The notes: a model not told the origin generated them from the sequence alone. Shown: positions 9,974 to 20,427, numbered from the stretch's first letter. The stretch is 64,000 nt of DNA from Desulfobacterales bacterium (GCA_049366795.1 JBMNCP010000053.1:9675-73674), one strand, 5' to 3'. Numbers and translations are program-made.

Positions 9974-10564
9974 TCAAACCTCGCCGTCGAGTTCGGATTC
10001 GATGCGCTCGAGAAAGCGGTGCATGTACTCGATCCGCTGCGTCCCGATCTTCCGGGCCGCGTCCGTGTGGAAGGTCCCTTCCACCTTCTTGAGCAGGTTT
10101 CTGAGGTAGTCCGGAAAATCGCTGATCCGCCCGTTGAAGGATCCGTCGGTCATTCCGCGGATCACGGCCCTCAAAATGCCGATGGCGCCGATGTATTCCA
10201 GCGCGTCGGCGTCCTGACCCACCCGCGCCTCGACCGTCTCGGGGTCCGGTCCGCCGTAGCGGCTGTGGGTTTCGAGCACGTGCAGCGCGGCTTCGATCTC
10301 TTCCTCCGGCAATCCCGCTTCCCTAAGGATTTCCTCGGCAAACGGCCTGCCTGCCGTGAAGTGCAACTTCCGGTCATGAAGCACGCCGATGTCGTGAACC
10401 AGGGCGCCCGCCACGAGGCTTTGCATGTCCGCCCCCTCGGCGGGACCCAGCTTCTGGCACCAGGTGGTCATGCGCTCCACGTGGTCCGGACTTGCGACCA
10501 CCTCGTCCTTCAGCTCGGAGGAAACGCGCTGCCAAATTTTCCGTTCGAGATCGTTCAGCTTCAT
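9974..10564 (-). CDS. HD-domain metal-dependent phosphohydrolase
   Basis: DHVERM...LVHDIG...THS...QDADALE; start reset to ATG 10564. Confidence 0.85.
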   Translation of the reverse strand: MKLNDLERKIWQRVSSELKDEVVASPDHVERMTTWCQKLGPAEGADMQSLVAGALVHDIGVLHDRKLHFTAGRPFAEEILREAGLPEEEIEAALHVLETHSRYGGPDPETVEARVGQDADALEYIGAIGILRAVIRGMTDGSFNGRISDFPDYLRNLLKKVEGTFHTDAARKIGTQRIEYMHRFLERIESELDGEV

Positions 10565-10585
10565 TGGGTATCCTTCCTGAATACG

Positions 10586-10647
10586 GGCCTGGCCTGAATG
10601 CAGGCCTGGCCTCGATGCAAGCCCTGCTCTAAATGCACGCCCTGGCC
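10586..10647. repeat. Degenerate 17-18 bp tandem repeat across the sucD stop
   Basis: GGCCTGGCCTGAATGCA / GGCCTGGCCTCGATGCA / AGCCCTGCTCTAAATGCA / CGCCCTGGCC. Confidence 0.55.
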
Positions 10648-11522
10648 ATCCGAACGATGTCCGAAAAGGCATCCGCCACATGAATGCCGGCATCCCGGAG
10701 CCTGGCAATTTTGCCGCGGGCGCTGCCCCGGTTCCCTTCGACGATGGTAGCGGCATGCCCGAACCGGACCCCCGGCATTTCATCCACGAAGCGGCCCGCG
10801 ATGAAGGCGATAATGGGCATTTGGACCTTGTTCTCCTTCACGTAGTCCGCCAGCCGCTCCTCGATCACCCCGCCCGGCTCGCTGAACAGCACGACCGCCT
10901 TCGTGCCGGGATCCTTCTCGAACAGGGGAACCAGATCCAGAAAGTTGGACCCGACCACCGGATCGCCGCCGATGCCGATGCAGGTGCTTTGCCCGATGCC
11001 GTTGGTGGTCAGCAGATTGGCCACTTCGGTGGTCATCCCGCCGCTTCGCGAGGCGATCCCGATCGGCCCCGGCGTGTAGGCCTTGCGGACATCGTCGACC
11101 GGCCCCCCGGCCATTCCCAGCTTGATGATGCCGGGGGAAATCAGGCCGAGCGTGTTGGGCCCGATGACCCGCGCGCCCCGCTCCTTGGCGATTTCCAGGA
11201 TCTCGATGGTGTCCTTGCGCGGCACCCGTTCGGAGACGATCACCAGCAGCCCGAGCCCGTTCTCGAGCGCCTCCAGAGCCGCCCCCTTGACCAGCGCCGG
11301 GGGAACCGAAATGACGGAAGCGTCCGCTGGATGGGCTCTCAGCGACTGCCTCACCGTGTCGAACACCGGCACCCCGTGGACCGACTGGCCCTTTTTGCCC
11401 GGCGTCACGCCGGCAACGATGCTGGTGCCGTAATCGATCATGTCCTTGGTGAATGCGGAGGCTTCCCTCCCGGTGATCCCCTGAACGATGACCCTCGTGT
11501 TCTCATTGGCCAATATCGCCAT
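10629..11522 (-). CDS. sucD: Succinate--CoA ligase alpha subunit-like
   Basis: VQGITGRE, GVTPGK, IGPNTLG, SRSGG, GIGGDP, phospho-His motif RFGHA. Substrate may not be succinate. Confidence 0.85.
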   Translation of the reverse strand: MAILANENTRVIVQGITGREASAFTKDMIDYGTSIVAGVTPGKKGQSVHGVPVFDTVRQSLRAHPADASVISVPPALVKGAALEALENGLGLLVIVSERVPRKDTIEILEIAKERGARVIGPNTLGLISPGIIKLGMAGGPVDDVRKAYTPGPIGIASRSGGMTTEVANLLTTNGIGQSTCIGIGGDPVVGSNFLDLVPLFEKDPGTKAVVLFSEPGGVIEERLADYVKENKVQMPIIAFIAGRFVDEMPGVRFGHAATIVEGNRGSARGKIARLRDAGIHVADAFSDIVRMARACI

Positions 11523-11543
11523 TGCTCATCCCCTTCCGGCGGG

Positions 11544-12728
11544 TTACCGCGCCGCGTTCGCCACGGCCATCCCGGCCGCCTCGTCGATGGAAACCTTCCG
11601 GTCGCAGTAGGGAACGCCATACTTTTTCAGAATCTTGAAACCCTCCTCCTCCCAGGCGCCGGGTATTCGGAACACGGCAACCGTCTTCGAAGGCTCTTTT
11701 CCGGCTTCGAGAATCCCCTTCACGATACCGCGTGCCACGAGGTCCACCCGGGTGTTGCTGACCACGTTCATGATGACGGCCACCCGCTCCACCCCGGGTT
11801 TGGACAGGATGTGCCGCGTCAGTTCCTTGACCTTTTTCACCGATGGGTTGCCCCCGATTTCGCAGTAGTTGGCCGGTTTTCCGCCGTGGGCGCGAACCGC
11901 GTCGAAAGCGGTCAGGGAAGCGCCGCCGCCGCCGATGATAAGACCCAGATTGCCGTCGAACTCGATGACGCGGCCGGCCACGCCCCTGTGATCGAGGCCG
12001 TCGATCTCGGCCGCCTTGCGCTCGAAATCGGACTGCGACTGAGCGGACTCGATCCTGGACTCGTCCTTTTCGATACGGGAGAATTCCGGGTGCCGGAACA
12101 GGGCATCGTCGTCGATGTCGAGGTGGCAGTCGAGCGCGATCAGCCGGCCCGCGCCGGTCAGCGCCAGCGGGTTGATTTCGGCGATCGTGGCATCGGTCTC
12201 GATGAAGACCTTCGCGAGCCTGGCGAGCACGGTTCCCAGCCCCAGCAGCAATTTGCCGGAGATGCCCGTTTCAGCCACGATCTCCCGTGCCTTGTGTTCG
12301 GGCAGTCCGTCCCGGAAGGTAAAGTGCTCCTGGCAGATCTTCTCCGGTTCGCGCTGGGCCAATTCTTCGATGTCGACTCCGCCCTCACTGGAAAAGATGG
12401 CCACCGGCGCCTTGGCGACCGTGTCATAGGTGATCGCCATGAAAAATTCGCGTCCGATCTCCGACTTTTCTTCGATCAGAAGCTTCCTCGGGCGATATCC
12501 CCGGATCCGGGTCGCGAACATCTGTTCGACCTGTCGGACCAACCCGGAGCCCTCCTCGGCCGTGACCACCCCGCCCGCCTTTCCCCGTCCTCCGATCGGA
12601 ATCTGGGCCTTGAGCACGGCAGGTCCGTTAAATGCCGGCGATTCCCCTTCGCCGAAGGCGACGCCCGCGGGTATGGCGATGCCGTACCGCTCCAAAACCG
12701 ACTTGGCTTCAAACTCGAGTAAGCGCAC
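11544..12728 (-). CDS. sucC: Succinate--CoA ligase beta subunit-like (ATP-grasp)
   Basis: LLEFEAK, KAQIPIGGRGKAGGV, EGGVDIEE, AEINPL, DDDALFRH, PANYCEIGG; GTG start at 12728 after AAGGAGG. Confidence 0.85.
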   Translation of the reverse strand: MRLLEFEAKSVLERYGIAIPAGVAFGEGESPAFNGPAVLKAQIPIGGRGKAGGVVTAEEGSGLVRQVEQMFATRIRGYRPRKLLIEEKSEIGREFFMAITYDTVAKAPVAIFSSEGGVDIEELAQREPEKICQEHFTFRDGLPEHKAREIVAETGISGKLLLGLGTVLARLAKVFIETDATIAEINPLALTGAGRLIALDCHLDIDDDALFRHPEFSRIEKDESRIESAQSQSDFERKAAEIDGLDHRGVAGRVIEFDGNLGLIIGGGGASLTAFDAVRAHGGKPANYCEIGGNPSVKKVKELTRHILSKPGVERVAVIMNVVSNTRVDLVARGIVKGILEAGKEPSKTVAVFRIPGAWEEEGFKILKKYGVPYCDRKVSIDEAAGMAVANAAR

Positions 12729-12748
12729 TGTGGCCTCCTTCATTGTCG

Positions 12749-12760
12749 ATTGTCGACAAT
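12749..12760. promoter_or_regulatory. Palindromic candidate GntR/FCD operator
   Basis: Perfect palindrome ATTGTCGACAAT next to the sucC RBS, with an overlapping extra half-site ATTGTCG at 12742. Confidence 0.6.
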
Positions 12761-13144
12761 TACAATTGCCATCTCCCGATGTCAAGCGGAAAACGGATCG
12801 ATCCGATAACAAACAAAAATGCGTGTAAAGCCGCCAAGACTTAACTCTTTTAAACCAATCGATTTTATTGTATGGGGTAATCCGTGAAGCGTCCGTGAGC
12901 TCAATTGTGACCGGATTCGCCACACACCGCTTTACGATGGCCTCCCAGACCATTAAAATGGAGGCCGCCACTGAACGCTGAGACCTCGAAAAGCGAATGA
13001 GTCGCACTCGTTTGCGTGTCGCCTTGGACTGTTCCGGGTATTCCGTGGGAACCTTCATTCCCGACAAGGCTTACACAACTTGTCCGGAACGGCTTTTCTT
13101 CATTTGAGTCCGACATTGGCCGCGGCCTCCGGCATCACAACTTG

Positions 13145-14647
13145 ATGACACGATCATCCCACCAGAAAACCACGCCAAATACCCGCCACCAATCCATCGT
13201 ACTCGGTGTTTCGAATATGATCGTCTCGCTGGTCATGTTCCTGTCCCCGGTAATATTGACCCGGGTGCTGGGAAAGTCGGACTTTGCCGATTTCAGGTTG
13301 CTGTGGCTTCTCGCGAACACCGCGCAACTTTTAGCGCCGCTGGGCCTGCCGAACAGCCTCATGTATTTCCTGCCAAGAGTCGACGCCGAGGAACGCGCCC
13401 ACTTTGTCACGCAGACAGTTCTTGTCTTGATAATTACTGGGTCCGTGGCGGCATACCTGGCAAGTCCGTATAATCCGTTTCTGCCTGAAAAGTTTCACTT
13501 CGAGGGCCTGATTGTCCCGGTTTTCATTGTGGTCTGGGTCGTTTCGAAGATGCTTGAATTGCTCCCTACGGCAGATTTGCGCGTGGACTATCAGGCCTTC
13601 TCGCTGATCAGTACGTCTGCATTCCGCCTGATCGTCATTGTTGGGGTAGCCTTTCTGACCAACGATATCCACGCAGTGTTTAAGGCGGTGCTGGCACTCG
13701 GATTATTTAAGTTGATTCTGCTTATCTTTTACATTTTCAAATGGCACGGAATCCGGGTGACCGGTCTAAAGCTGAAAAGAGTGACGGAACAGCTTGGCTA
13801 CGCTTTGCCTTTCGGGTTGACAGCCATTGTTAATAATTTGCGCCGCCAACTCGAGCAGTGGATCGTAGCATTTATGTTCGTTCCCGAGGCTTTCGCCGTT
13901 TTCTCCATCGGTGCGATGGAACTCCCGATTCTTGCACTTGTCCGGCAGACTTTAGGCCATGTCATCTTTCCCAGAATGAGCAAAGCCCACGCGAAAGGCG
14001 ATTACGGTCGCATCCTTTACCTCAACCAAAGCGCAAATCTCGCTACCGCATTCTTGGTGTTTCCTATCTCTGCCTTCATTCTCATCTTTGCAGAACCTTT
14101 GGTGACACTACTCTTTTCGGAAGAATACGCCGGAACGGCAATTATATTTCAGGTCTACCTCGGAGTCACGATATTCCGAGTAATCGATGTAGCCAATATT
14201 ATGATGATTTTCTCGCAGAAGCTCTTTGTTGCGAAGGTCAGCCTGTCACTGCTTTTTTTGTCCGTATTGTTGAGCTACTTCGGCGCCAAAACATTTGGAA
14301 TGGCTGGGGCAGCCCTCGGCAGTCTAAGCGCCCAGGCAATTTACACGGTTGCCACCTACATTCGGGCTTGTAAACTTCTAAACGTCGGATTTGGGGCATT
14401 ACAGGAATGGAAGGGATTTGCACACGCGGCCTCGGGTTCCCTCTGCGCAGTGGGTGCAGCGTGGTTGGCGACCCAAATCGTTGACGCCGAGTCCTGGCTA
14501 TTGGCGCGCTTGGTCGTCGCAGGGCTTTTCACATTTTCCATCTATCTGGTGTATTTGAAAATATTTGGATACGATTGGGTGATAGCGGCTTTTCTTAACC
14601 GCGAGAAATGGGGCGACAAGTTTAAAAGGGAAGAAATAAGCGAGTAG
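13145..14647 (+). CDS. wzx: Oligosaccharide flippase (Wzx/MOP family)
   Basis: About 12-14 hydrophobic segments; PVILTRVLG...F, LGLPNSLMYFLP, YALPFG, LLFSEEY. Start approximate. Confidence 0.85.
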   Translation: MTRSSHQKTTPNTRHQSIVLGVSNMIVSLVMFLSPVILTRVLGKSDFADFRLLWLLANTAQLLAPLGLPNSLMYFLPRVDAEERAHFVTQTVLVLIITGSVAAYLASPYNPFLPEKFHFEGLIVPVFIVVWVVSKMLELLPTADLRVDYQAFSLISTSAFRLIVIVGVAFLTNDIHAVFKAVLALGLFKLILLIFYIFKWHGIRVTGLKLKRVTEQLGYALPFGLTAIVNNLRRQLEQWIVAFMFVPEAFAVFSIGAMELPILALVRQTLGHVIFPRMSKAHAKGDYGRILYLNQSANLATAFLVFPISAFILIFAEPLVTLLFSEEYAGTAIIFQVYLGVTIFRVIDVANIMMIFSQKLFVAKVSLSLLFLSVLLSYFGAKTFGMAGAALGSLSAQAIYTVATYIRACKLLNVGFGALQEWKGFAHAASGSLCAVGAAWLATQIVDAESWLLARLVVAGLFTFSIYLVYLKIFGYDWVIAAFLNREKWGDKFKREEISE

Positions 14648-14650
14648 CAA

Positions 14651-15643
14651 ATGATAGAGAGAGACTTGGCAGTTCTGCTGTATGACTCCCGATCAGGATC
14701 TACATATTTTTCCCGCATATTAGATGAACAGGAAGGTATTTCTGTATCTGTAGAAAGCACATTTTTCGTCCATCTGATGGAAATGGAGTGTTTGGACTGC
14801 GCAGATAAAATAATAAACCATCTGATCAAAAAAGACTTTCGATTCAAAAATATTTTTTCTAGACCCAAGCAGTTTTATAAATGTTTCGACTCGCTGAATC
14901 ACCCTACGCCTTATGATGTAGCAAGGTGCATTATGTCTGCCCATTTTCCAGAGACCGACCGATCTTCGATATGGATCATCAAATGCGGGATGTTTTTGCA
15001 TCATCTCATCGGTGTTGCAGAGTATTATCCTCGTATGAGGTTTTTACATATTTTACGAGACGGCAGGGCAGTTCTCAATTCGAAAATGCATGCAAATAGA
15101 GTCTATCGAAAAGGTAAAATGGCAGAAGATGTGTTCACGCCTGCTCGAGTGTGGCGAGGATATGTCACCGTTGCGAACCGTACGAAGGCAGCATGCCCGG
15201 ATCGGCTTCTGGAAGTTCGCTATGAAAGTCTTCTGACTTCTCAGGAGAATGAAATTCGGAGAGTTCGGCGATTTTTAAATTTGTCCGAAGAACCAAGAAG
15301 CAAGCCATCGGATAGAAGCAGCGGATATTTCAATCGTATCCCTGACGCAGAAAAGAGCCTGCATCATAATGTCGAAAAAGAAGGCATAATAGCCAATGTG
15401 GACAAGTGGAAAATTCAGCTCAGCAAGCCCGATGTGATGCTCTATGAATATCTCAACGGCGACCAACTGAGATCAAAGCAATATGAGCTGATATACAGTC
15501 CTGAGGATAAACGGCACTCGGCACTATTCTGGTTTAATCTGGTTTTAAACCTGGCGAAACACATCAGCCTTCGAGCAAGACGCAAATGGACACAATTGAG
15601 GCGCAAAGCTGGACCTGATCCCGGAAAAGAGGTACAAGTATGA
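14651..15643 (+). CDS. Sulfotransferase
   Basis: 5'-PSB-like SRSGSTY; 3'-PB HILRDGRAVLNS; VRYESL. Confidence 0.82.
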   Translation: MIERDLAVLLYDSRSGSTYFSRILDEQEGISVSVESTFFVHLMEMECLDCADKIINHLIKKDFRFKNIFSRPKQFYKCFDSLNHPTPYDVARCIMSAHFPETDRSSIWIIKCGMFLHHLIGVAEYYPRMRFLHILRDGRAVLNSKMHANRVYRKGKMAEDVFTPARVWRGYVTVANRTKAACPDRLLEVRYESLLTSQENEIRRVRRFLNLSEEPRSKPSDRSSGYFNRIPDAEKSLHHNVEKEGIIANVDKWKIQLSKPDVMLYEYLNGDQLRSKQYELIYSPEDKRHSALFWFNLVLNLAKHISLRARRKWTQLRRKAGPDPGKEVQV

Positions 15644-16689
15644 ACCGCAGCAAATCACCTTCCGCATCCTCAGGTCTATCGCCGGTATTCATTGCCTCCA
15701 GCGGTAGGGGCGGTTCGACGTGGGTTCTGGATATGCTTGCGGATGCAAACAACATGCGTACGGTATTCGAACCTCTTGAACCTGAAAAGGTAAAGGGTGC
15801 TGCACCGTATTCTTTTGCCTACGTGCGTGAATGCGAAAACCGCGTTGATTTGAAAAGATTTCTGCAAGACACAATTTACGGCAATCATGGGCGGCTTTGG
15901 ACTCGGTACCGCATCGATCGCAGAAACCTCTGGCTTGGGAAATCAAACTTCAATTCGGCAAAACATTTGAAATTCCAATTTGCCAAACACATCCAGATTG
16001 GTAGAAGGCTGGTGAGATACCGACATCAGAATCCAGATGCGAAACCTATGGTCAAATTTATCCGGGCGAATCTGATGATAGGCTGGTTGCATAAAACATT
16101 TAATGCACCCGTTCTTCTTCTGCTTCGCCACCCTGGGGCCGTTGTTGAGTCCAAGCTTCGTTTATGGGAGGGGGGGTGGCGGTTTGAGACCACTTTGAAA
16201 AATTTTTTTTCCAATCGTGCTTTGCGTGAAGATTACCTTAACGATTTAGACATCCCTCACCTTTCTACGATGAGCCGCGCGGAAGGCTTCGCCACCATGT
16301 GGTGCATCGAAAATATGGTTGCCCTTGACCATGCCAACAGACACGGTTTGTGCGTCACTTTTTATGAGAAACTTCTTGACGATGCAAGGGAATGGGATCG
16401 GGTGACATCTGAACTCGGACTCCAGCACTCGCCTGTAGACGCTTGCTTAAAGAAGCCTTCCCAACAAGCTTCCGTCGAAAAAGGTCAAACCGAGTATTAC
16501 ACCGGACTTAAAAATAAATGGATGAGTAGGCTCAACAAAAAAGAGATTAGAGAAATCGATCGGCTTCTGCACCGATTCGGAGTCGGTTTCTATTCAATGA
16601 ATGATCCCGAACCCAAAGCAGTTCAATTCTTACATCCAACTACTTTTCGGCTGCCTCACCGGCCGTACTTCCACAAACAGCCATGTTAG
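15640..16689 (+). CDS. Sulfotransferase
   Basis: SSGRGGSTW, FEP, LLRHPGAVVES, FYEKL. Confidence 0.8.
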   Translation: MNRSKSPSASSGLSPVFIASSGRGGSTWVLDMLADANNMRTVFEPLEPEKVKGAAPYSFAYVRECENRVDLKRFLQDTIYGNHGRLWTRYRIDRRNLWLGKSNFNSAKHLKFQFAKHIQIGRRLVRYRHQNPDAKPMVKFIRANLMIGWLHKTFNAPVLLLLRHPGAVVESKLRLWEGGWRFETTLKNFFSNRALREDYLNDLDIPHLSTMSRAEGFATMWCIENMVALDHANRHGLCVTFYEKLLDDAREWDRVTSELGLQHSPVDACLKKPSQQASVEKGQTEYYTGLKNKWMSRLNKKEIREIDRLLHRFGVGFYSMNDPEPKAVQFLHPTTFRLPHRPYFHKQPC

Positions 16690-18074
16690 ACCTAAGCACT
16701 CTCCAATACGTCCAAATTACAGCCGCACTCCTTGCAGCACAGTTGGTATTCATTCTTGGTTATATTTATCCAAGATTAATGGTTGGATTTCTTATCGTTA
16801 CCCTTCCTTTTCAAGTTGTAGACAGTCAGTATGGTTCGATCAATGTCGCGCTTATTTATATGACGACTCTTAGTGCGTTTGTCAGTCGGAAGATCAGCAT
16901 CAGACAAGCTCCTTTGATGTTTCCCGTCATTCTGGCGCTATGGTTGGTGACGTTGGTCTATATTGTGGCTCTATTTAACAATCCGACGCCAATGCTCGTT
17001 CACAAGGTTACCTATTTAATCGGGTTTTTTTCCAATGTAGCGCTTCTATTCCTCATTTATGCCACTATCAACACGGAATCCGATATCCATCACTTCCTAA
17101 AGCTCCTTCTGATCGTCAACATTCTCATTTTAGGGTACTGTACAATTCAGTTTTTTGCAGGATTCAAAGGTGTGGTTCCTTTCGGTATAAAGGAATTCGC
17201 CTTTATTGAGAACAGGCTGCATGAAGGCATTGACGAGCGCCGGTTGATGGGTCCATTTCTTGGCGCAGGCCTCCTCGCCGAATATTTCGCCTTGATGCAA
17301 TTCATCCATGGCTACACACTTTTCACCACTGGACGCAGGAAGATTGTCACAATACTTGTGATGTTCGGAAATTTTTGCGCCATGGTCGGCACCGGCAATC
17401 GTGGAGCGCCGATCGCCCTGACCATCGGTTGCCTCATCTGCTTGTATGTATTTCGGAAAACTCTTAGTTTTAATAAAGTATTTAAAATATCGAGCTTTGG
17501 AATCGGTTTGCTGTTGGTAGCCAGTTTCCTGATGATCAATTTCACACAGTTTAACGTATTGTATAGGCGGTTTGTGAATACTGAAATTCACGGAATCACT
17601 CCGGACACTAGAGGAGGTTGGCCCGAATATATAAAAAAAGGAATGGAGGCCCCCTTACTCGGGCGCGGGGGTGTGCGGATGGTACTTCCATCGGACCTCT
17701 ATTCCTCCAGCGGTCAGAGACGACCCGGAATCCCATTGAATGAGGCGATGGCCTACCCACACAGCCTTTACATTTACGTTTTTTATACCTTGGGAATATT
17801 CGGCCTTGCCGTCTATTCTCTGCTGGTCATAACCCTTTATTACTTTTTTTTCCAGGTAGGAAAATGGCAAGCCAATAATCGTTTTCTTCATGGACTTCCA
17901 AAACTTGCCACTGTGTTGCTTACCGTCTTTTTAATAGACCAATTCAAACTCGAATTCCTGAGACACAACTACGTGGATTATCAGAACATCATTTTTTCTA
18001 TTTTTGGAATGTTTTTGGCCTATCCCAAAGTGATAAACAACGGCGCATACACACACGACAAAAATGGTAGCTAA
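16683..18074 (+). CDS. Wzy-like polymerase / O-antigen ligase family protein
   Basis: Multi-TM protein; RLMGPF, TGNRG, PLLGRG and PHSLYIYVFYTLGIFG (O-antigen ligase family His motif). Confidence 0.8.
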   Translation: MLDLSTLQYVQITAALLAAQLVFILGYIYPRLMVGFLIVTLPFQVVDSQYGSINVALIYMTTLSAFVSRKISIRQAPLMFPVILALWLVTLVYIVALFNNPTPMLVHKVTYLIGFFSNVALLFLIYATINTESDIHHFLKLLLIVNILILGYCTIQFFAGFKGVVPFGIKEFAFIENRLHEGIDERRLMGPFLGAGLLAEYFALMQFIHGYTLFTTGRRKIVTILVMFGNFCAMVGTGNRGAPIALTIGCLICLYVFRKTLSFNKVFKISSFGIGLLLVASFLMINFTQFNVLYRRFVNTEIHGITPDTRGGWPEYIKKGMEAPLLGRGGVRMVLPSDLYSSSGQRRPGIPLNEAMAYPHSLYIYVFYTLGIFGLAVYSLLVITLYYFFFQVGKWQANNRFLHGLPKLATVLLTVFLIDQFKLEFLRHNYVDYQNIIFSIFGMFLAYPKVINNGAYTHDKNGS

Positions 18075-18116
18075 ATAGATAGTGTTACATCATTCTGTCA
18101 ACTCGAGTTCGATGCG

Positions 18117-20339
18117 ATGAGAAAACACCTTGAAACCGGATTCCGGCTCTTGAATTTGCGCCTGCTGCTGTCGGCGGCTGTCATATCATTCGCCGCTCCA
18201 AGCGCAGACAGCGCGCAATTTTTCCCGAATGGTGACTTTGAAATCGGAAATGTCCACCTGGAGATAGCGCGCACCCCTCGCTACGGAGGCCCGGAAATTA
18301 TTTCTTCCGCCATCGACTCCGAAGGAAGAATTGACGGACGCAATTCCCTCCATCTGCCTGCAGGTGCCGGATCGGCCTACAGGCTGATAACCTATGGCGT
18401 CATGCTGAAGGGAAACGGGGAATATACAGCTTCCTTCAAGCTGCTGACGCCTGACATGTGCAACGCGCGCGTGGAAGTGTTCACTCAGAGAAAAATTGTT
18501 ACACGGATTGCAGAAAGAACCTGGCGATATGCAAAAGGTCAGCACAAGATTTCATTCCGGTTCGCCTCCGGTTCAACTGGCGGCCTGCACTGGCTTCGTA
18601 TCATTCTGGAACCTCGAAATGGGGCATGGATCGATTCATTGAGCCTCGAGGGGCCGCCAGGATCTGGCGGTACGCCGCCTCCCCTGGGTATTTCGATAGA
18701 ATCCGAAAGCCCAACAGGGATATACCGGGTGGGGGAACCGGGCCGCATGACAGCCCGCGTCCTGAGCGACACGGAATTTCCGGTGACGTACCAGATCGAG
18801 GCCCTACCCTCTGGAGAAGTTCTGTCGAACAGGGAGACGACTGTCGACAAGAACGGCATCGCCAAACTGCAGCTCGATACCCATCGACCGGGATATTTTA
18901 GACTCGAAGCGAGGCATGGCTCCGAAATGACAACCAGAGCCTATGCGGTACTCGCTCCCTTGCCGAAAGGGCAGGCCTCCGACCCTCGCTTCGGTGTGTG
19001 CATGGAAGAACACCCTGGAAAGACCTACATTCACGACGCCATGCGGCCAAAGGATCTGTATGCCATGGCACGCGACATTGGCGCCGGCAGTGTGAGGTTT
19101 TTCTCCCTTGCTTCTCCGGAGAAACTCTCCAAGGATGGAAAGCAATTTGACTTCAGTGAACTCGACGCCGCGTTGGCCATGGCGGAAGCCTACGGCCTCG
19201 AAGCCATGCTCCCGCTCGGCTCCAACTTCCCGATAGAGGCTCCCGGGTGGCTCCGAACCACAAAGGCCAGTGGCAACGTGGACCTGATCGGAGGCGGTCG
19301 CACTCAGCAACTCAAGCTGCTTGCCGAACGGCATGGGGGTAAAAGATATCTCGACGTGGCTGCTTACGGCACGTATCTGGAAAAACTGATGAACCACACC
19401 CGAGGTAAAGTCGACCATTTCGAAATTTGGAACGAGCCGGGTCACAAATTCAGCATCGAGGACAGCTTGAAAATTGCCCGGGCCGCGAATATCGCCCGCG
19501 ACAAAGCCCACCCCGGTGCAAGGATTTTAGGTTATTCGAGCACCAAAGGCAGAGGCAGCGGTCAGGGGATGGACCCCAAAAAGGATCCCGCCTTTCTGCA
19601 AGCGATTGCCGAAAGAGGTGGGCTCGAGTACGTGGATATCCTCTCATATCATAGCGGACATGCATTCCAATTCATGGGCAGCGGCTTCGACACGCGAAAC
19701 CAGCAGACGGGCTATGTGGCGAGACTCAAAAGGATAACCCAACGCCAGGGAAAGACGGAAATGCCAATCTGGGACACGGAGCGGGGGATCCCATGGAAGA
19801 GCGGAATGCCGATCTCTTCCGATTCCGTAGCGTCCGAAGATAATGATGTCGACATAGCAAGAACACTGCCCATGCTCGACGCCGCCAGACAGTTGCCCAT
19901 GGTTTATGCTTCGGGGTTCGCAGATGGCGTCGAACGGATCTACTGGTTTCTTCTCGACACATCCGTTGGCCAAATTTACAAGCCGCAAATGCGCTGGGTC
20001 ATGCACGACGTGAATGGCGAACCCGCGGCCATGATCCCGGTCTACAGCGCCATGACGAAGATGCTGCACGGCGCTATGTTCCATGAAGCATTGGAGAGAC
20101 GCGACGGGACCAGAGCGTATATTTTCGCCCGCGGAGAAGACACGGTCATTCTCGCTTACAACTGGATTGAAAAAAAGGCGAATCTGATTGTTCAAACCGG
20201 AGCGGTTGAAGGTACCATACACGACATTTATGGCAACAGGGTCTCATCATACGCCTCCGGAACCGATCTCATGCTCGATGGATGGCCCGTATATGTCGTT
20301 TTTAAGGGAAATCCCCCCGAGATGTTGACAGTGAAATGA
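18117..20339 (+). CDS. Secreted clan GH-A glycoside hydrolase (GH39/GH5-like) with N-terminal CBM-like region
   Basis: Signal peptide; PNGDFE; FEIWNEP (acid/base), SYH, PIWDTE (nucleophile). Confidence 0.72.
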   Translation: MRKHLETGFRLLNLRLLLSAAVISFAAPSADSAQFFPNGDFEIGNVHLEIARTPRYGGPEIISSAIDSEGRIDGRNSLHLPAGAGSAYRLITYGVMLKGNGEYTASFKLLTPDMCNARVEVFTQRKIVTRIAERTWRYAKGQHKISFRFASGSTGGLHWLRIILEPRNGAWIDSLSLEGPPGSGGTPPPLGISIESESPTGIYRVGEPGRMTARVLSDTEFPVTYQIEALPSGEVLSNRETTVDKNGIAKLQLDTHRPGYFRLEARHGSEMTTRAYAVLAPLPKGQASDPRFGVCMEEHPGKTYIHDAMRPKDLYAMARDIGAGSVRFFSLASPEKLSKDGKQFDFSELDAALAMAEAYGLEAMLPLGSNFPIEAPGWLRTTKASGNVDLIGGGRTQQLKLLAERHGGKRYLDVAAYGTYLEKLMNHTRGKVDHFEIWNEPGHKFSIEDSLKIARAANIARDKAHPGARILGYSSTKGRGSGQGMDPKKDPAFLQAIAERGGLEYVDILSYHSGHAFQFMGSGFDTRNQQTGYVARLKRITQRQGKTEMPIWDTERGIPWKSGMPISSDSVASEDNDVDIARTLPMLDAARQLPMVYASGFADGVERIYWFLLDTSVGQIYKPQMRWVMHDVNGEPAAMIPVYSAMTKMLHGAMFHEALERRDGTRAYIFARGEDTVILAYNWIEKKANLIVQTGAVEGTIHDIYGNRVSSYASGTDLMLDGWPVYVVFKGNPPEMLTVK

Positions 20340-20427
20340 GATTTCACGGCCGCATCATCGACTTCAATCAGCTGAACAATTGTGAAACCTGTCATGGCTT
20401 CACAAGGGAAGCGACCCCACCATTCGA

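Noticed and set aside
12729-13067. N-terminal extension of the 507-aa sucC ORF
   Set aside because: A strong RBS and GTG at 12728 match the family start; the extension covers the promoter/operator region.
12900-13120. Hairpins in the sucC/wzx divergent region (GGCCTCC...GGAGGCC; GTTCCGG...CCGGAAC) as an ncRNA or riboswitch
   Set aside because: Short stems are expected by chance, and I recognised no riboswitch or ops/JUMPstart consensus. An Rfam search would be needed.
13130-13146. Sigma54-like CGGCAT-CACAAC-TTGAT before wzx
   Set aside because: The spacing is one base too long and it overlaps the likely start codon.
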